Numbered from the stretch's first letter, positions 46,680 through 56,348 are shown. The stretch: DNA of 64,000 nucleotides from Desulfovibrionaceae bacterium (GCA_031551515.1 JAVBNL010000023.1:23048-87047), one strand, 5' to 3'. Translations and numbers: made by a program. The notes: generated by a model not told the origin, from the sequence alone.

Positions 46680-48083
46680 TTACGGAATAAGATTGATGCT
46701 TTTGCTGACAACGGGAATAAGCCAGACCGCCAGGAAATAGCCGGCCACGCCCACGGCCACGCCCGTCACCACGCCGGGCACCATGCTCGGCTGCCACAGG
46801 GGTTCAGCGGCAAAGCGGGCGTGTTCGGCTTCTTTTTCTTCGGCGGTTTTGGCTTCCAGCTTCCAGCCGGGCCAGTTGTCCATGAACCAGTGGTTGATGA
46901 TCCAGATGTTGAGCAGCCAGATGGTGGGGATCATGGGGAACTGCTGCGGGTGCGAGAAGCCCTTCTGCGTGCCCAGGAAGTTGTGCGCGGTGGCATAATA
47001 CAGGGCGTAGAGGGCCAAGCCCGCGACAATGACGATGCCGGTGCGGATCAGGATATTGGCTGCCGTGGAATAGCTGCGCGGCCAGTTGTCACAGTAAAAC
47101 TGGAGGAAAATTGCCGGCACCAGGAAGAATATGGCGGTTTCGCCCACATGCAGCCAGCGCCAGTCAGGGGCGGCGTCGCGGCGATGCCCGCGGATGGCCT
47201 CGCCCCAGGCCAGTTCCTGCGCGTACCAGAAAAAGAAGCACAGGGCCAGGGAAATGGCTATGATGCCGAAAAAGAGCGCCCAGCGTCGGGTCCAGGGGCT
47301 TTTGATCAGGCAGAATGGCCAGCGTTCCCAGATGCCTTCCATCAGCCAGACCACCACGGTGCAGCACATGATCCAGGCGATGTGAAAGTTGCCGGAAACG
47401 GTTTTGGCAAAATCTTCCCAATAGGGCGGGGTGATGGATGTGAACGCTTGCCAGGGATAATACAGGATGCCCATGTGCGAGTGCATGGTCAGAAAATAAA
47501 TGATGGTGCTCAAAAAGAAGGTCAGCACCCAAATGCTGAAGCCGCGCACCGGCTGAGGCATGCGCGCCCAGGGTTCGCCTTCCATGGCCACGATCCAGGC
47601 CGGGGAGAGCCAGGAAGCGATGGCCGCGAACATCAGACAGGCTGTGGCCGCATATTCTTCCGCGAAGAACTGGGTTACGCCGGGCAGCTTGGTCAACTGG
47701 TCGGGGTTGAAATAGGCCAGGCCGTAGTTGCCGAGAATGCCTTCAAAAAAACCTTTGATCAGCAGCAGCATGACGGCCACCGCAACCAGGGTCAGCACCA
47801 GCCCTTTGGTCACGGGATGCGCCCGCCGCAGCCAGGCGCGGTTGAACGGCCAGAAATCGAAAATATAGGCCATCCAGATCAGAATGATCAACAGCCAGCG
47901 GCAATAATTGTAGCCCACATAGGGAGTGTACAACCTCATGATGCCGCGCGGGTCCTGAAAAACCCACCAGGTGGCGGCGAAAATGATCAGAGTGAAAACC
48001 AGGTTGACGAGGGCGGGCATGGGACCGCCCCATCGTTTCACGAGCTTGCGCTCTTCAAGGTAGGGGATATTGCCGTTTTCCAT
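46680..48083 (-). CDS. Trp-rich polytopic integral membrane protein, function unknown
   Basis: 467 aa with at least 10 hydrophobic segments. No family recognised by eye. Confidence 0.7.
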   Translation of the reverse strand: MENGNIPYLEERKLVKRWGGPMPALVNLVFTLIIFAATWWVFQDPRGIMRLYTPYVGYNYCRWLLIILIWMAYIFDFWPFNRAWLRRAHPVTKGLVLTLVAVAVMLLLIKGFFEGILGNYGLAYFNPDQLTKLPGVTQFFAEEYAATACLMFAAIASWLSPAWIVAMEGEPWARMPQPVRGFSIWVLTFFLSTIIYFLTMHSHMGILYYPWQAFTSITPPYWEDFAKTVSGNFHIAWIMCCTVVVWLMEGIWERWPFCLIKSPWTRRWALFFGIIAISLALCFFFWYAQELAWGEAIRGHRRDAAPDWRWLHVGETAIFFLVPAIFLQFYCDNWPRSYSTAANILIRTGIVIVAGLALYALYYATAHNFLGTQKGFSHPQQFPMIPTIWLLNIWIINHWFMDNWPGWKLEAKTAEEKEAEHARFAAEPLWQPSMVPGVVTGVAVGVAGYFLAVWLIPVVSKSINLIP

Positions 48084-48188
48084 ACAGCCTCCTTGTCACG
48101 GAAAAAACGACCAACGATATCGCCCGGAATCCGGACGGAACACCCATGATCTGCGGCAGACAAGTCACGCCCCGCGGGGCGGAAGAGT

Positions 48189-48863
48189 CTATGTCGAAGC
48201 GGTTCCCGGCGTCTCAGGAGAGCGGCAGACCCGCAGCAGCAGTTCCGCGTAGCGCATGGCGTGCGCCCCCGCCTCTTCCGGCTGGCCCCGGCGAACGCCG
48301 CCGAGAAGGCCGGCCAGTTCCGCAAACAGCAGTTCCCGGTCGGCCTTGGAGGCCAACCCGATGCATTCGGAAAAGAAACGGCCTTGCGGAATCACCTGCC
48401 CGGCGGCCGCAGCCACGCGCGCGTTGTGCGCCCATTCCGCCACGGCCCGCAGAAAGATCCGCTGCGCCCGCGCGAACTCGGCGGCCGAGCCGGTATGCAC
48501 GGCAAGACCCACATGGCTGAGCTTCGACTCAAGTTCCAGCAGGCCCGCCGGCCGCGCCCAACGGGCGCACAGGGCCGCCACGGGCGGGAACAGGGCCGTC
48601 AGGCCGGCAAGGCGGGCGTGAAAATCCTGGCGCGTATTGAGGCTGAGCTGTCCGGGCACGGCCTGCACAAAGGTGCCGCTACCCCGCCGCGAACCGAGAA
48701 TTCCCCTTCCCTGCAGAACCTGAAGGGCGTTGCGCAAAGTGTTGCGGCTGACCCCGAGGGATTGGGCCAGCTGGCGCTCTGGCGGCAGCCTTTCATACAG
48801 CTTCCACCCGCCGGACCGGATACGTTCTTCTAAAAGAACCTCTATTTCCTGCTGCTTTTCCAT
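48189..48863 (-). CDS. GntR-family regulator (FadR/FCD-like)
   Basis: LPPERQLAQSLGVSRNTLRNALQVLQGRGILGSRRGSGTFV. Confidence 0.8.
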   Translation of the reverse strand: MEKQQEIEVLLEERIRSGGWKLYERLPPERQLAQSLGVSRNTLRNALQVLQGRGILGSRRGSGTFVQAVPGQLSLNTRQDFHARLAGLTALFPPVAALCARWARPAGLLELESKLSHVGLAVHTGSAAEFARAQRIFLRAVAEWAHNARVAAAAGQVIPQGRFFSECIGLASKADRELLFAELAGLLGGVRRGQPEEAGAHAMRYAELLLRVCRSPETPGTAST

Positions 48864-48966
48864 AGTTCGCACCAAGAGCGCGACTCGCTCTGCCTGCAGA
48901 ATACGTGAATCACGCTTAATGCCAACAAATAACTGATACCTAGGTTGTAAATTTATATCATGCCAA

Positions 48967-49008
48967 TATAAAAAAACAAAAAAGCCCTATTGGCTCTACC
49001 AATAGGGC
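48967..49008 (-). terminator. Rho-independent terminator of the PAS/GAF-like gene
   Basis: gccctattgg / ctcta / ccaatagggc, followed on the minus strand by TTTTTTGTTTTTTT. Confidence 0.75.
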
Positions 49009-49040
49009 AAAATCCCTCGAAACCGAAAAGGGTTGCAGCA

Positions 49041-50291
49041 TCAGGGCCGGGGCCTGCCCCTGAAGACGGCGCCCGCGAATGCCGGAGCGAGCACCTCATA
49101 ATGCTCGGCGGCCGCCAGAGAGAAAGCGCCGGGGTGCACGGAGCAGAGGATGAGCACGGCCCGCAGCCGGTTGTGGCGATAGAACGGACGCGCGAAATAC
49201 GACCTGATTCCGCGGGGTACGAAAAGAACCCAATCAATGGATTTAATGCTGTCCAAGGTATCGTCCACCACAAGATAATTCAGGCCGTGGCGCTCGATAT
49301 TCTGGGCAATGGTCCCTTCATAGGCGAAGGTCTGGCCCCACATGTCCGCGCAGGGTTTTCCCGCGCCGTATACGGTCACATGGCCCTTGTCCGCGTGGAT
49401 GTCGGAATAGATGATGCCGTCGTAGGCGTGCGGCTCATGGCTGGCCAGCATGCATTCCAGGGCTTCGCGCAGGGAAGAGGCGCGAGAAACCTCGCGCACG
49501 AGCGCGTCCGCGGGAGTACCGGGAGAGGGACGGCGACCGCCGCCGGGCGGGCGCTTCTGCCCCGCGACGTTCAGAAAAGAAAGCCGCAGCAGGCGTCTGC
49601 TGCCGGCGGAAGCGGCGGTCAGGCGCATTTCGCTGTTGACCGTCAGGCCGCTGGGCAATTTCAGGGTCAGCGCCCCGCCCCATACCCCTTCGGCAACGGC
49701 GGTTTCCAGCGCTTGCCGCACCGTGGCGGCCGCGCCGCGAGGCACCAGAGACTCGAAAGGCAAGCCGTTTTTCACAAGGTCGCCGCCCAGCAGAATGGCC
49801 GCTTCCTGGTTTCGGGCGACCACGGTTCCGCTTGCGGGGTCGATCAGCAGCACGGGGTAATTAGCTACCGAACGGCATTGCGGCCAATGGTTGCCGTCGA
49901 GGCCTTCCGCCTCCGGCAGTATGTATTCCGGGGCGAGTTGCAGGGTTCCGTGGTAGAACCAATTTTCTCCGGAACCGGGCCAGCCTTGCAGAAAAAGCCA
50001 GCCGCGAGGGTCCGCCGAAAGGCGAAAGAGCGCGCTGGCGGGAATTCCTGCGGCCATGGCTTCCCAGAACTCCGTCAATTGCAGATGGTCTTCCGCCAGA
50101 ATCTGCCTGCGCCGGAAGGAAGCGTCTTTCAGCAGCAGGGCCGTGTTTTCGCCCAGGTCAGGGTGCCGCCAGTCTTTGACGATCTCAAGGCGCGACCGGG
50201 GCACTTCAATGCTCCAGATAAGACCGGGAAAATGCGCGGCCCATGCGGCCGCGCTTTCGGATTTTATGTGGAGAGCCGGTTTCGTGTACAT
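49041..50291 (-). CDS. Cytoplasmic sensory-domain protein (PAS-like + GAF-like), no output domain
   Basis: PAS-like block PVLLIDPASGTVVARNQEAAILLG, and a C-terminal region with a GAF-like pattern. No kinase, cyclase or HTH motif. Confidence 0.6.
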   Translation of the reverse strand: MYTKPALHIKSESAAAWAAHFPGLIWSIEVPRSRLEIVKDWRHPDLGENTALLLKDASFRRRQILAEDHLQLTEFWEAMAAGIPASALFRLSADPRGWLFLQGWPGSGENWFYHGTLQLAPEYILPEAEGLDGNHWPQCRSVANYPVLLIDPASGTVVARNQEAAILLGGDLVKNGLPFESLVPRGAAATVRQALETAVAEGVWGGALTLKLPSGLTVNSEMRLTAASAGSRRLLRLSFLNVAGQKRPPGGGRRPSPGTPADALVREVSRASSLREALECMLASHEPHAYDGIIYSDIHADKGHVTVYGAGKPCADMWGQTFAYEGTIAQNIERHGLNYLVVDDTLDSIKSIDWVLFVPRGIRSYFARPFYRHNRLRAVLILCSVHPGAFSLAAAEHYEVLAPAFAGAVFRGRPRP

Positions 50292-50418
50292 GCAAGTGCT
50301 GCCTGTTCGCGGCCAAACGCCGCGTCATTTAGAACAGTTAACGCTTGAAATATCGCTTGACGGCGAGCAAAGTTCGCCCACGCCTATTTTGCGGCAGGGA
50401 TTTTCAAAAAAATCCTTG

Positions 50419-50934
50419 TTACAAACCGTATTGGTATTTGACGGCCATGACCAGCGAAATATCGTTATGGCCAAGGCTGGCCGGACGCTTCACCACGCCG
50501 CTCGCGCCGCGCAGGGCCGCTTCCGCCGCCCGGTCGAGAATCGCGTTTCCGGAAGAATTGGCCAGCGAAATACCGTGAAAGGTTCCGTCGGGCGACACGG
50601 TGAAAGAAAACCAGGCCATCCCGATCAAACTGTTGTTCGCTTCGGCCGAGATGAACCGCCGCGCATGAATGGCATTGGAAACGGCGTCAAGATAGGCGTT
50701 GCGTTCTTTCCGCCGGTTGTCAGCCCCGTCGCCCGGCGGCAGGGTTTCTGAAATGCTCTCAATGGCCAGGGTGACGGTTTCGCTGAACATGGGAGCGGAC
50801 GAGGTCAATTCCTGGCTGAGGCGCTGCCCCATGCCCGGCCGGGCCGTCGTTTGCGCCCAGTGCGCCTGCAACAGCATGAAGTGCAGAAAAAGAGAGATAC
50901 ACACCGCCGCGCGGAACCGCGCCAGGTCCGTCAT
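50419..50934 (-). CDS. TonB-family C-terminal-domain protein
   Basis: N-terminal TM segment (AAVCISLFLHFMLL). The C-terminus, GMAWFSFTVSPDGTFHGISLANSSGNAILDRAAEAALR, is TonB_C-like. The ATGA overlap with exbD fixes the start at 50934. Confidence 0.7.
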   Translation of the reverse strand: MTDLARFRAAVCISLFLHFMLLQAHWAQTTARPGMGQRLSQELTSSAPMFSETVTLAIESISETLPPGDGADNRRKERNAYLDAVSNAIHARRFISAEANNSLIGMAWFSFTVSPDGTFHGISLANSSGNAILDRAAEAALRGASGVVKRPASLGHNDISLVMAVKYQYGL

Positions 50935-51428
50935 TGCCTGCCCCGCCGCTGCCCTGCTTCGTTTTCTCCGGTTTCGCCCGCGCCTTCCTGCCCCGTGGCG
51001 ATGACCAGTTTGTCTCCGCCCATGGTGCGCACCACGTCGACGATGCGCACAAGCGCGGCCACCGGGGCATTGGGGGCGGCCCGCAGCACGAGGCTTCTGG
51101 GCTCCGTAAACCCGGCTAGCCTGTCGGTCTCCGTCCGGTAGCGCAAAAATTCGCCGAGCCTCTCTGGGGCCAAGGTCTTTCCTTCGCAAGAAAGGCTGCC
51201 GTCCGCGGCCAGACGCAGTTCAAGTATCCGCCCGGCCAGGGGGCGGCTGCTCTTGGCGGGTGGCAGTTCGACATCCATGCCGCGCACGGCGAAAGCGGCC
51301 GCCACGATGAAAAAGATGAGCAGAATGAAAACCACGTCGAGCAGCGGGGTAATATCAGGCCCTTCCGCCTCGTCCTGCGCGAAAAGGCCGGCAGGCCTGA
51401 AAGGGGCGGGGCACGATCTAGGCGGCAC
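50931..51428 (-). CDS. exbD: ExbD/TolR-family protein
   Basis: DITPLLDVVFILLIFFIV motif. GTG start. Confidence 0.85.
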   Translation of the reverse strand: MPPRSCPAPFRPAGLFAQDEAEGPDITPLLDVVFILLIFFIVAAAFAVRGMDVELPPAKSSRPLAGRILELRLAADGSLSCEGKTLAPERLGEFLRYRTETDRLAGFTEPRSLVLRAAPNAPVAALVRIVDVVRTMGGDKLVIATGQEGAGETGENEAGQRRGRQ

Positions 51429-52050
51429 GGCCGTTCTCCCCGGGTTCTTCGCAAAGCGCGAAGAACCCGCTGGTCAGACGGTACAGGGCACTGATGACGA
51501 GCCGCTTGCGGCTGAGAAACCAGTACTGGACCAGCAGCGCCGGAATCGCGATGGTCAACCCGGCCGCCGTGGTTAAAAGCGCCTGCCAGATGCCCTCGGC
51601 CAGCACCATCAGGTCCACGCCGCCCTGGGCCGCGGCAAGGCGGGAAAAAGTGTTGATCATGCCCAGAACCGTACCCAAAAGGCCCAAAAGCGGGGCCGCC
51701 CGGACGATCACGCCGAGCAGCGGCAGGCGGGTATCAAGCCTGCCGTTGATTTCCTGGGCGAAGATATCCAAAACTTCGTGATTCCGAACAGCATCGTCGC
51801 CGCCCCGGCACATCCGCCGGAGCTCTTCGAAATAGGGGCCGAATACCGGGTGAGAAACGGGCAGAACCGCATCAAGGGCTCTCGCGTCCCGGCTGCTCAA
51901 AGCGGCGGTAAGCGCGGCGGCCTGTTTCGCGGACGGAAACCCGAGCCCTGCATAAAACATGGCGCGCTCAATGGTTATGGCCAAAGCCAGAGCCGAAAGG
52001 GCGAGAAGCGGCCACATCACCCATCCGCCCTGTTGCATAATTGTTGCCAT
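51418..52050 (-). CDS. exbB: MotA/TolQ/ExbB proton-channel protein
   Basis: GGWVMWPLLALSALALAITIER... and RAAPLLGLLGTVLGMI. Confidence 0.85.
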   Translation of the reverse strand: MATIMQQGGWVMWPLLALSALALAITIERAMFYAGLGFPSAKQAAALTAALSSRDARALDAVLPVSHPVFGPYFEELRRMCRGGDDAVRNHEVLDIFAQEINGRLDTRLPLLGVIVRAAPLLGLLGTVLGMINTFSRLAAAQGGVDLMVLAEGIWQALLTTAAGLTIAIPALLVQYWFLSRKRLVISALYRLTSGFFALCEEPGENGRAA

Positions 52051-52209
52051 GGCATCTCCGGAAAAAAGGGAGTCGGAAAGAGTTGCCCGAAGCGCCGCGC
52101 AAGACGCCTCCGCGCGTTACAGCCCAGACATAATGGAATTGGAACAGCGCCGCAAGGTGCGGCCCAAAGAAAAGCCCTTACGACTTACATCATAAGAGCT
52201 TGAATTCTT

Positions 52210-52286
<77 letters not shown>

Positions 52287-52314
52287 GCGTTTCCCGCTGA
52301 TAGGCGGGAAGGTG

Positions 52315-52343
52315 TGTGTAGCCTTGCAACGCCGCCGTGTCAA
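52315..52343 (-). promoter_or_regulatory. Candidate promoter of tRNA-Arg
   Basis: The minus strand reads TTGACA-N17-TACACA and ends about 28 nt upstream of the mature 5' end. Confidence 0.4.
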
Positions 52344-52469
52344 GCGAACCCGCAATTCCGCAGCGGCCGCGTCTTGATTCTTCCGGGTGGACGAAGTAGA
52401 TTTTGCCGCGGTGAAGGACGCGGACTCCCAGTTCATAAACCCGATCTACACTCGATGTATTGACGCGAC

Positions 52470-53609
52470 GTGAAAAAAAACGAAGCAGCCATGACCCGAA
52501 CCGCGAAGCCCGGCGCTGTGCAGCGGGCGCGCCTCTACTTCGATCCCGCCGTTCCCGCCTGGCTGGATCTGATTTTTGCCGCGTCGGCCGCCGGGGCTTT
52601 CGCTGCCGCCGGTACTCTTCGCAACCCGCAGAATATGACGCCGCAAGCTCTGGCCTGTATCGGCCTCGCCGCCGTGTGCGCCGTTCTGGCGGCCTCGCTC
52701 CGCTGCTCTGTATTGCGGCGCAAAGAAGGCATGGAGCGCCGCCTGCCGCTTTTTTCCGTCATTCTGGCGCATCTCGCAGGCCTGGCGGTCTGGAAGATGA
52801 CCTCGTTCCAGCACCTGGAAGCGCTTCCTTCGTGGTGGTTTTTTCTGCTGCGCGCAATCTGCATCGGCGCGCTGTGCGCCTGGGCCGCCGCCCACCGGCC
52901 TCTGATGAGCCTCTCGGCCCGCGCCGCCGCCTTTTGCGAAAAACACGTCAACGCGCCCGGCAGCCTTTTCGGCGCGGCTTTGTTGTGCATCGCCCTGTTG
53001 ACCTGCTGGTACACGCCCGCCACGCTGTACGCCTCAAACCCGGACTTTTTTTACGAGCCCCTGCCGCAGCTTGCCGCCCGTCTTAGCCTGCGGGGCCTTG
53101 TGTTTATGGCGTCCGTCTGGCTCTTTTATTGCCTGGCGAACGCCCGTCTTAAACCCTATCTTGCCGCCGTCGCGGCCTGGGCCGCTGTCTCCTGCCTGCT
53201 TTTCACTTTCTTAGCAACAACCGATCACAACGCCATGAACGGTTTTCTGCTGGCCAACCCGGCCTCGCTCAAAACACCGCTGGCCGCTCTGGTGGATATT
53301 GCCGTGCTTTTGACCGCAGCGGCAGCGGTCCGGCTGATTCTGCGCGCCACAAAAGCCGTCGGCAAAGGCTCTTCCGCTCTCGCCACGCTGTTGCAGGCGG
53401 CCTCTCTCGCGCTGATTCTCATGAGCGCATGGCACATCGCGGGCGCGCCCAACACCCCGGCGCCGGGCAAGTCGCTTTCCGCCGCAAGCCGGGCTCCCTT
53501 TCTGGCCGCGACGGGCCTGTTTCGCGCGGCCCCCTGGCTGCTGCGGCCGCATATCTATGACGGCGGCTCCTGGCTGAACACCCAAACCGCGAGCCGCAGC
53601 ACGCATTAA
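52470..53609 (+). CDS. Hypothetical polytopic membrane protein
   Basis: GTG start, at least 8 hydrophobic segments, and a C-terminus that is low-complexity and Ala-rich. No soluble domain. Confidence 0.5.
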   Translation: MKKNEAAMTRTAKPGAVQRARLYFDPAVPAWLDLIFAASAAGAFAAAGTLRNPQNMTPQALACIGLAAVCAVLAASLRCSVLRRKEGMERRLPLFSVILAHLAGLAVWKMTSFQHLEALPSWWFFLLRAICIGALCAWAAAHRPLMSLSARAAAFCEKHVNAPGSLFGAALLCIALLTCWYTPATLYASNPDFFYEPLPQLAARLSLRGLVFMASVWLFYCLANARLKPYLAAVAAWAAVSCLLFTFLATTDHNAMNGFLLANPASLKTPLAALVDIAVLLTAAAAVRLILRATKAVGKGSSALATLLQAASLALILMSAWHIAGAPNTPAPGKSLSAASRAPFLAATGLFRAAPWLLRPHIYDGGSWLNTQTASRSTH

Positions 53610-53727
53610 ACCACAACAAAGCCTCGCCTCTTGATGTTCGCATCGTTTTCTGACACGCTCTTTGGCGTTTTGGAAATGTTTTGCCACTGTTTTGCCGCGG
53701 CGAACCGCCGCTAAAGAAGGCTCCCTC

Positions 53728-54903
53728 ATGCGACGTATCGGCACACAAGCGTTCGGCATACGCCTGCCCATCATCTGCCAGGGCGACGATCTGGCCGGCA
53801 TCGTGGCGGATTCTCTCGCCCAGGCGCTGGATGCGCAAAAACTCAGCCTGCGCCCCACCGACGTGGTGGGCATTACCGAGGCCATGGTGGCCAAGGCGCA
53901 GGGCAATTTCGCTTCCATCGACCATATCGCGGCCGACATCCGCCGCAAATTCCCCGGCGGCGTGGTGGGGCTGGTCTTTCCCATATGCAGCCGCAACCGT
54001 TTTTTGAACATCCTCAAAGGCGTTTCGCGCGGGGCCGACAAAGTCCACGTGCTGCTGCAATATCCTTGCGACGAAGTGGGCAACCCCATCATGAACCCCG
54101 AAGAGGTGGATACGCTGCTCGACTCCGGCGAGAATTTCTTCACCGCCAAACGGTTCAGGGAACTGGCTGGCGAATACGGCCACCCCTTCACCGGCGTGGA
54201 TTATATTTCGCTGTACCAGTCCGTGGGCGCCAATATCGAAGTGCACCTGTCAAACGACCCCCGGCGCATTCTCGAACTGACCCGCGACGTGCTGGTGGGC
54301 GAAATTCATACCCGCGCGCGCACCAAAAACCGCCTGCTGCACGCGGGCGCGAACAGCGTCTATGCCCTTTCCGACATCCTGGCGGAACCGGTAAACGGTA
54401 GCGGGTACAACCCGCAATACGGCATTTTGGGTTCCAACCTTTCCACCAGCGAAGAGTTGAAGCTTTTCCCCCGCGACTGCGAACCGTTCGTGCGTTTGGC
54501 GCGTGAAAAAATCGCGCAACGCTGCGGCGTCGCGCCCGAAGTGCTGATTTACGGCGACGGCGCGTTCAAAGACCCGCTGGCGGGCATTTGGGAACTGGCC
54601 GACCCGGTGGTCTCTCCCGCTTATACCGAGGGCCTGCAGGGACGGCCCAATGAAATCAAGATCAAATACGTGGCGGATACCGAATGCCAGGGCATGAACG
54701 GCGCGGAAAAAACGGCCGCCGTCACCGCCATGATCCGCGAAAAGAACCAAAACGCGGGCAAAGAGATCAGCAGCGAAGGCACCACGCCCCGCAACTATGT
54801 GGATCTGCTCGGCAGCCTGTGTGACCTTATCAGCGGCAGCGGCGACAAGGGCACGCCGGTGGTGCTCATTCAGGGGTATTTCGACAACTACGCGAGCGAA
54901 TAA
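53728..54903 (+). CDS. F420-0:gamma-glutamyl ligase (CofE)-like domain protein with C-terminal extension
   Basis: RBS AAGAAGG. The N-terminus, GIRLPIICQGDDLAGIVADSL...VGITEAMVAKAQGN, is typical of the CofE-like fold. Confidence 0.7.
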   Translation: MRRIGTQAFGIRLPIICQGDDLAGIVADSLAQALDAQKLSLRPTDVVGITEAMVAKAQGNFASIDHIAADIRRKFPGGVVGLVFPICSRNRFLNILKGVSRGADKVHVLLQYPCDEVGNPIMNPEEVDTLLDSGENFFTAKRFRELAGEYGHPFTGVDYISLYQSVGANIEVHLSNDPRRILELTRDVLVGEIHTRARTKNRLLHAGANSVYALSDILAEPVNGSGYNPQYGILGSNLSTSEELKLFPRDCEPFVRLAREKIAQRCGVAPEVLIYGDGAFKDPLAGIWELADPVVSPAYTEGLQGRPNEIKIKYVADTECQGMNGAEKTAAVTAMIREKNQNAGKEISSEGTTPRNYVDLLGSLCDLISGSGDKGTPVVLIQGYFDNYASE

Positions 54904-54918
54904 GTGAACAGATGAAGG

Positions 54919-54945
54919 GCCCCGGCGAAAGCCGGGGCTTTTTTT
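54919..54945 (+). terminator. Rho-independent terminator
   Basis: gccccggc / gaaa / gccggggc followed by TTTTTTT. Confidence 0.8.
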
Positions 54946-54991
54946 GCAAACTATGCTTCCGCCCGCCCGACCGGGGTGATAGAGGTAACGC

Positions 54992-56338
54992 ATGTCCACA
55001 CGCATCATCATTGCCGACGACTTCACCGGGGCGGGCGATTCCGGCATCCACTTCGCCCGGGGCGGCGCAAGCACCGCGCTCTTGCTTGATCCCGCCCATC
55101 TGGAGCGGGATATGGCCGCGTATGACGCCCTTTCGCTCTCTACCGAATCGCGGTTTCTGGCCCCGCCGGATGCGGCCGCCGCCGTGCGCTCTTTGGCCTC
55201 CCGCTGCGTCAAGGCGGGCGGGACCATCGCCTACAAAAAAGTGGATTCCACGCTACGGGGCAACCTGGGCGCGGAAATAGAGGCCACGCTCGCAGTTTCG
55301 GGCCACACGGCGGCGCTGGTCTGCACGGCCATGCCCAAGACCGGCCGCACCTGCGTGAACGGCCTTCTTTACCTGAAGGGCGAGCTTTTGCACACCACCG
55401 AAATCGGCCGCGACCCCTTCAACCCGGTGACCACGTCTTCCGTAACCGGCGTCATCGCGGGGCAAACGGCCCTGCGCGCGGGCAACCTCAGCCTTGCGGA
55501 TCTGCGTTCCGGCCCCGCCGCCCTGCGGGACCGTGTGCGCGGCCTTTTGCGGGAAGGCTGCCGCGTGCTGGCCGCCGACGCGGAAGAAGACGGCGACCTT
55601 GCGGCCCTGGGGACGCTGTTGCGCTTTTCGCTCTCCGGCAACGATCTGCCGCCGCTTTTGCCCGTGGGCGCGGGCGGCCTGGCGGAGGCTTTCACCGGCG
55701 CAAGCGGGCTATCCGGCACTGAAAATATTTCTATTGCGGGTTCCAAGGGGCTCAGCCCCTTGGCCGGGGCGCGGGGGCAGAGCCCCCGCACTTCCCCTCT
55801 TCACCATCCCCCCCGTCCCGTTGGCCGCATGCTGGCCATTGCGGGCAGCCTGACCGGGATCTCGCGGGAGCAGGCCGACCTGGCTCTCACGAGCGGTCTT
55901 TTTCAGCCGCTGGCGCTGGATGTGGCGGCGGGCCTGGCCGACCCGCGAGCTGTCTGCGCCGCCCTGGTGGAACAGGCCGAAGCCGCAGGAGGCGCGAACT
56001 TGCTGCTGCGCGCGTCAAGCGCCCCCGCGGCCCACGACCTGAGCACCGACGAAGGCGTCAAAGTCGCCGCTCTGTTCGGCAAAGCCGCCGCCGCCATCTG
56101 CCGGGCGGCAAACTGCCCGGTGCTGTATGCCACCGGCGGCAGCACGGCCGTGGCCGTGGCCGGGGCTTTGGGCATCACGGCGGTTCGGTTGGAAGAAGAG
56201 TGCATGCCCGGCGTGGTGCTCAGTTCCTGCGCGGATACCGGGTACGGCGTGCGTTGGCTGATTTCCAAGGCGGGCGGTTTTGGCGGGCCCGGCGTGTTGC
56301 GCGATCTGGCTTCCCGGTTTTCACCCGTATCTTCATAA
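54992..56338 (+). CDS. Four-carbon acid-sugar kinase family protein (DUF1537; OtnK/DtnK-like)
   Basis: The N-terminus IIIADDFTGAGDSG is the family hallmark. A C-terminal nucleotide-binding half is present, and a low-complexity insert of about 45 aa lies between the halves. Confidence 0.85.
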   Translation: MSTRIIIADDFTGAGDSGIHFARGGASTALLLDPAHLERDMAAYDALSLSTESRFLAPPDAAAAVRSLASRCVKAGGTIAYKKVDSTLRGNLGAEIEATLAVSGHTAALVCTAMPKTGRTCVNGLLYLKGELLHTTEIGRDPFNPVTTSSVTGVIAGQTALRAGNLSLADLRSGPAALRDRVRGLLREGCRVLAADAEEDGDLAALGTLLRFSLSGNDLPPLLPVGAGGLAEAFTGASGLSGTENISIAGSKGLSPLAGARGQSPRTSPLHHPPRPVGRMLAIAGSLTGISREQADLALTSGLFQPLALDVAAGLADPRAVCAALVEQAEAAGGANLLLRASSAPAAHDLSTDEGVKVAALFGKAAAAICRAANCPVLYATGGSTAVAVAGALGITAVRLEEECMPGVVLSSCADTGYGVRWLISKAGGFGGPGVLRDLASRFSPVSS

Positions 56339-56348
56339 GGAAAAGTGT

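Noticed and set aside
52470-53609. Idea that this membrane protein is the truncated anchor of an LTA-synthase/sulfatase-type enzyme
   Set aside because: This was only a vague impression from the topology and the missing soluble domain. I cannot point to a diagnostic motif, so it remains a plain hypothetical membrane protein.
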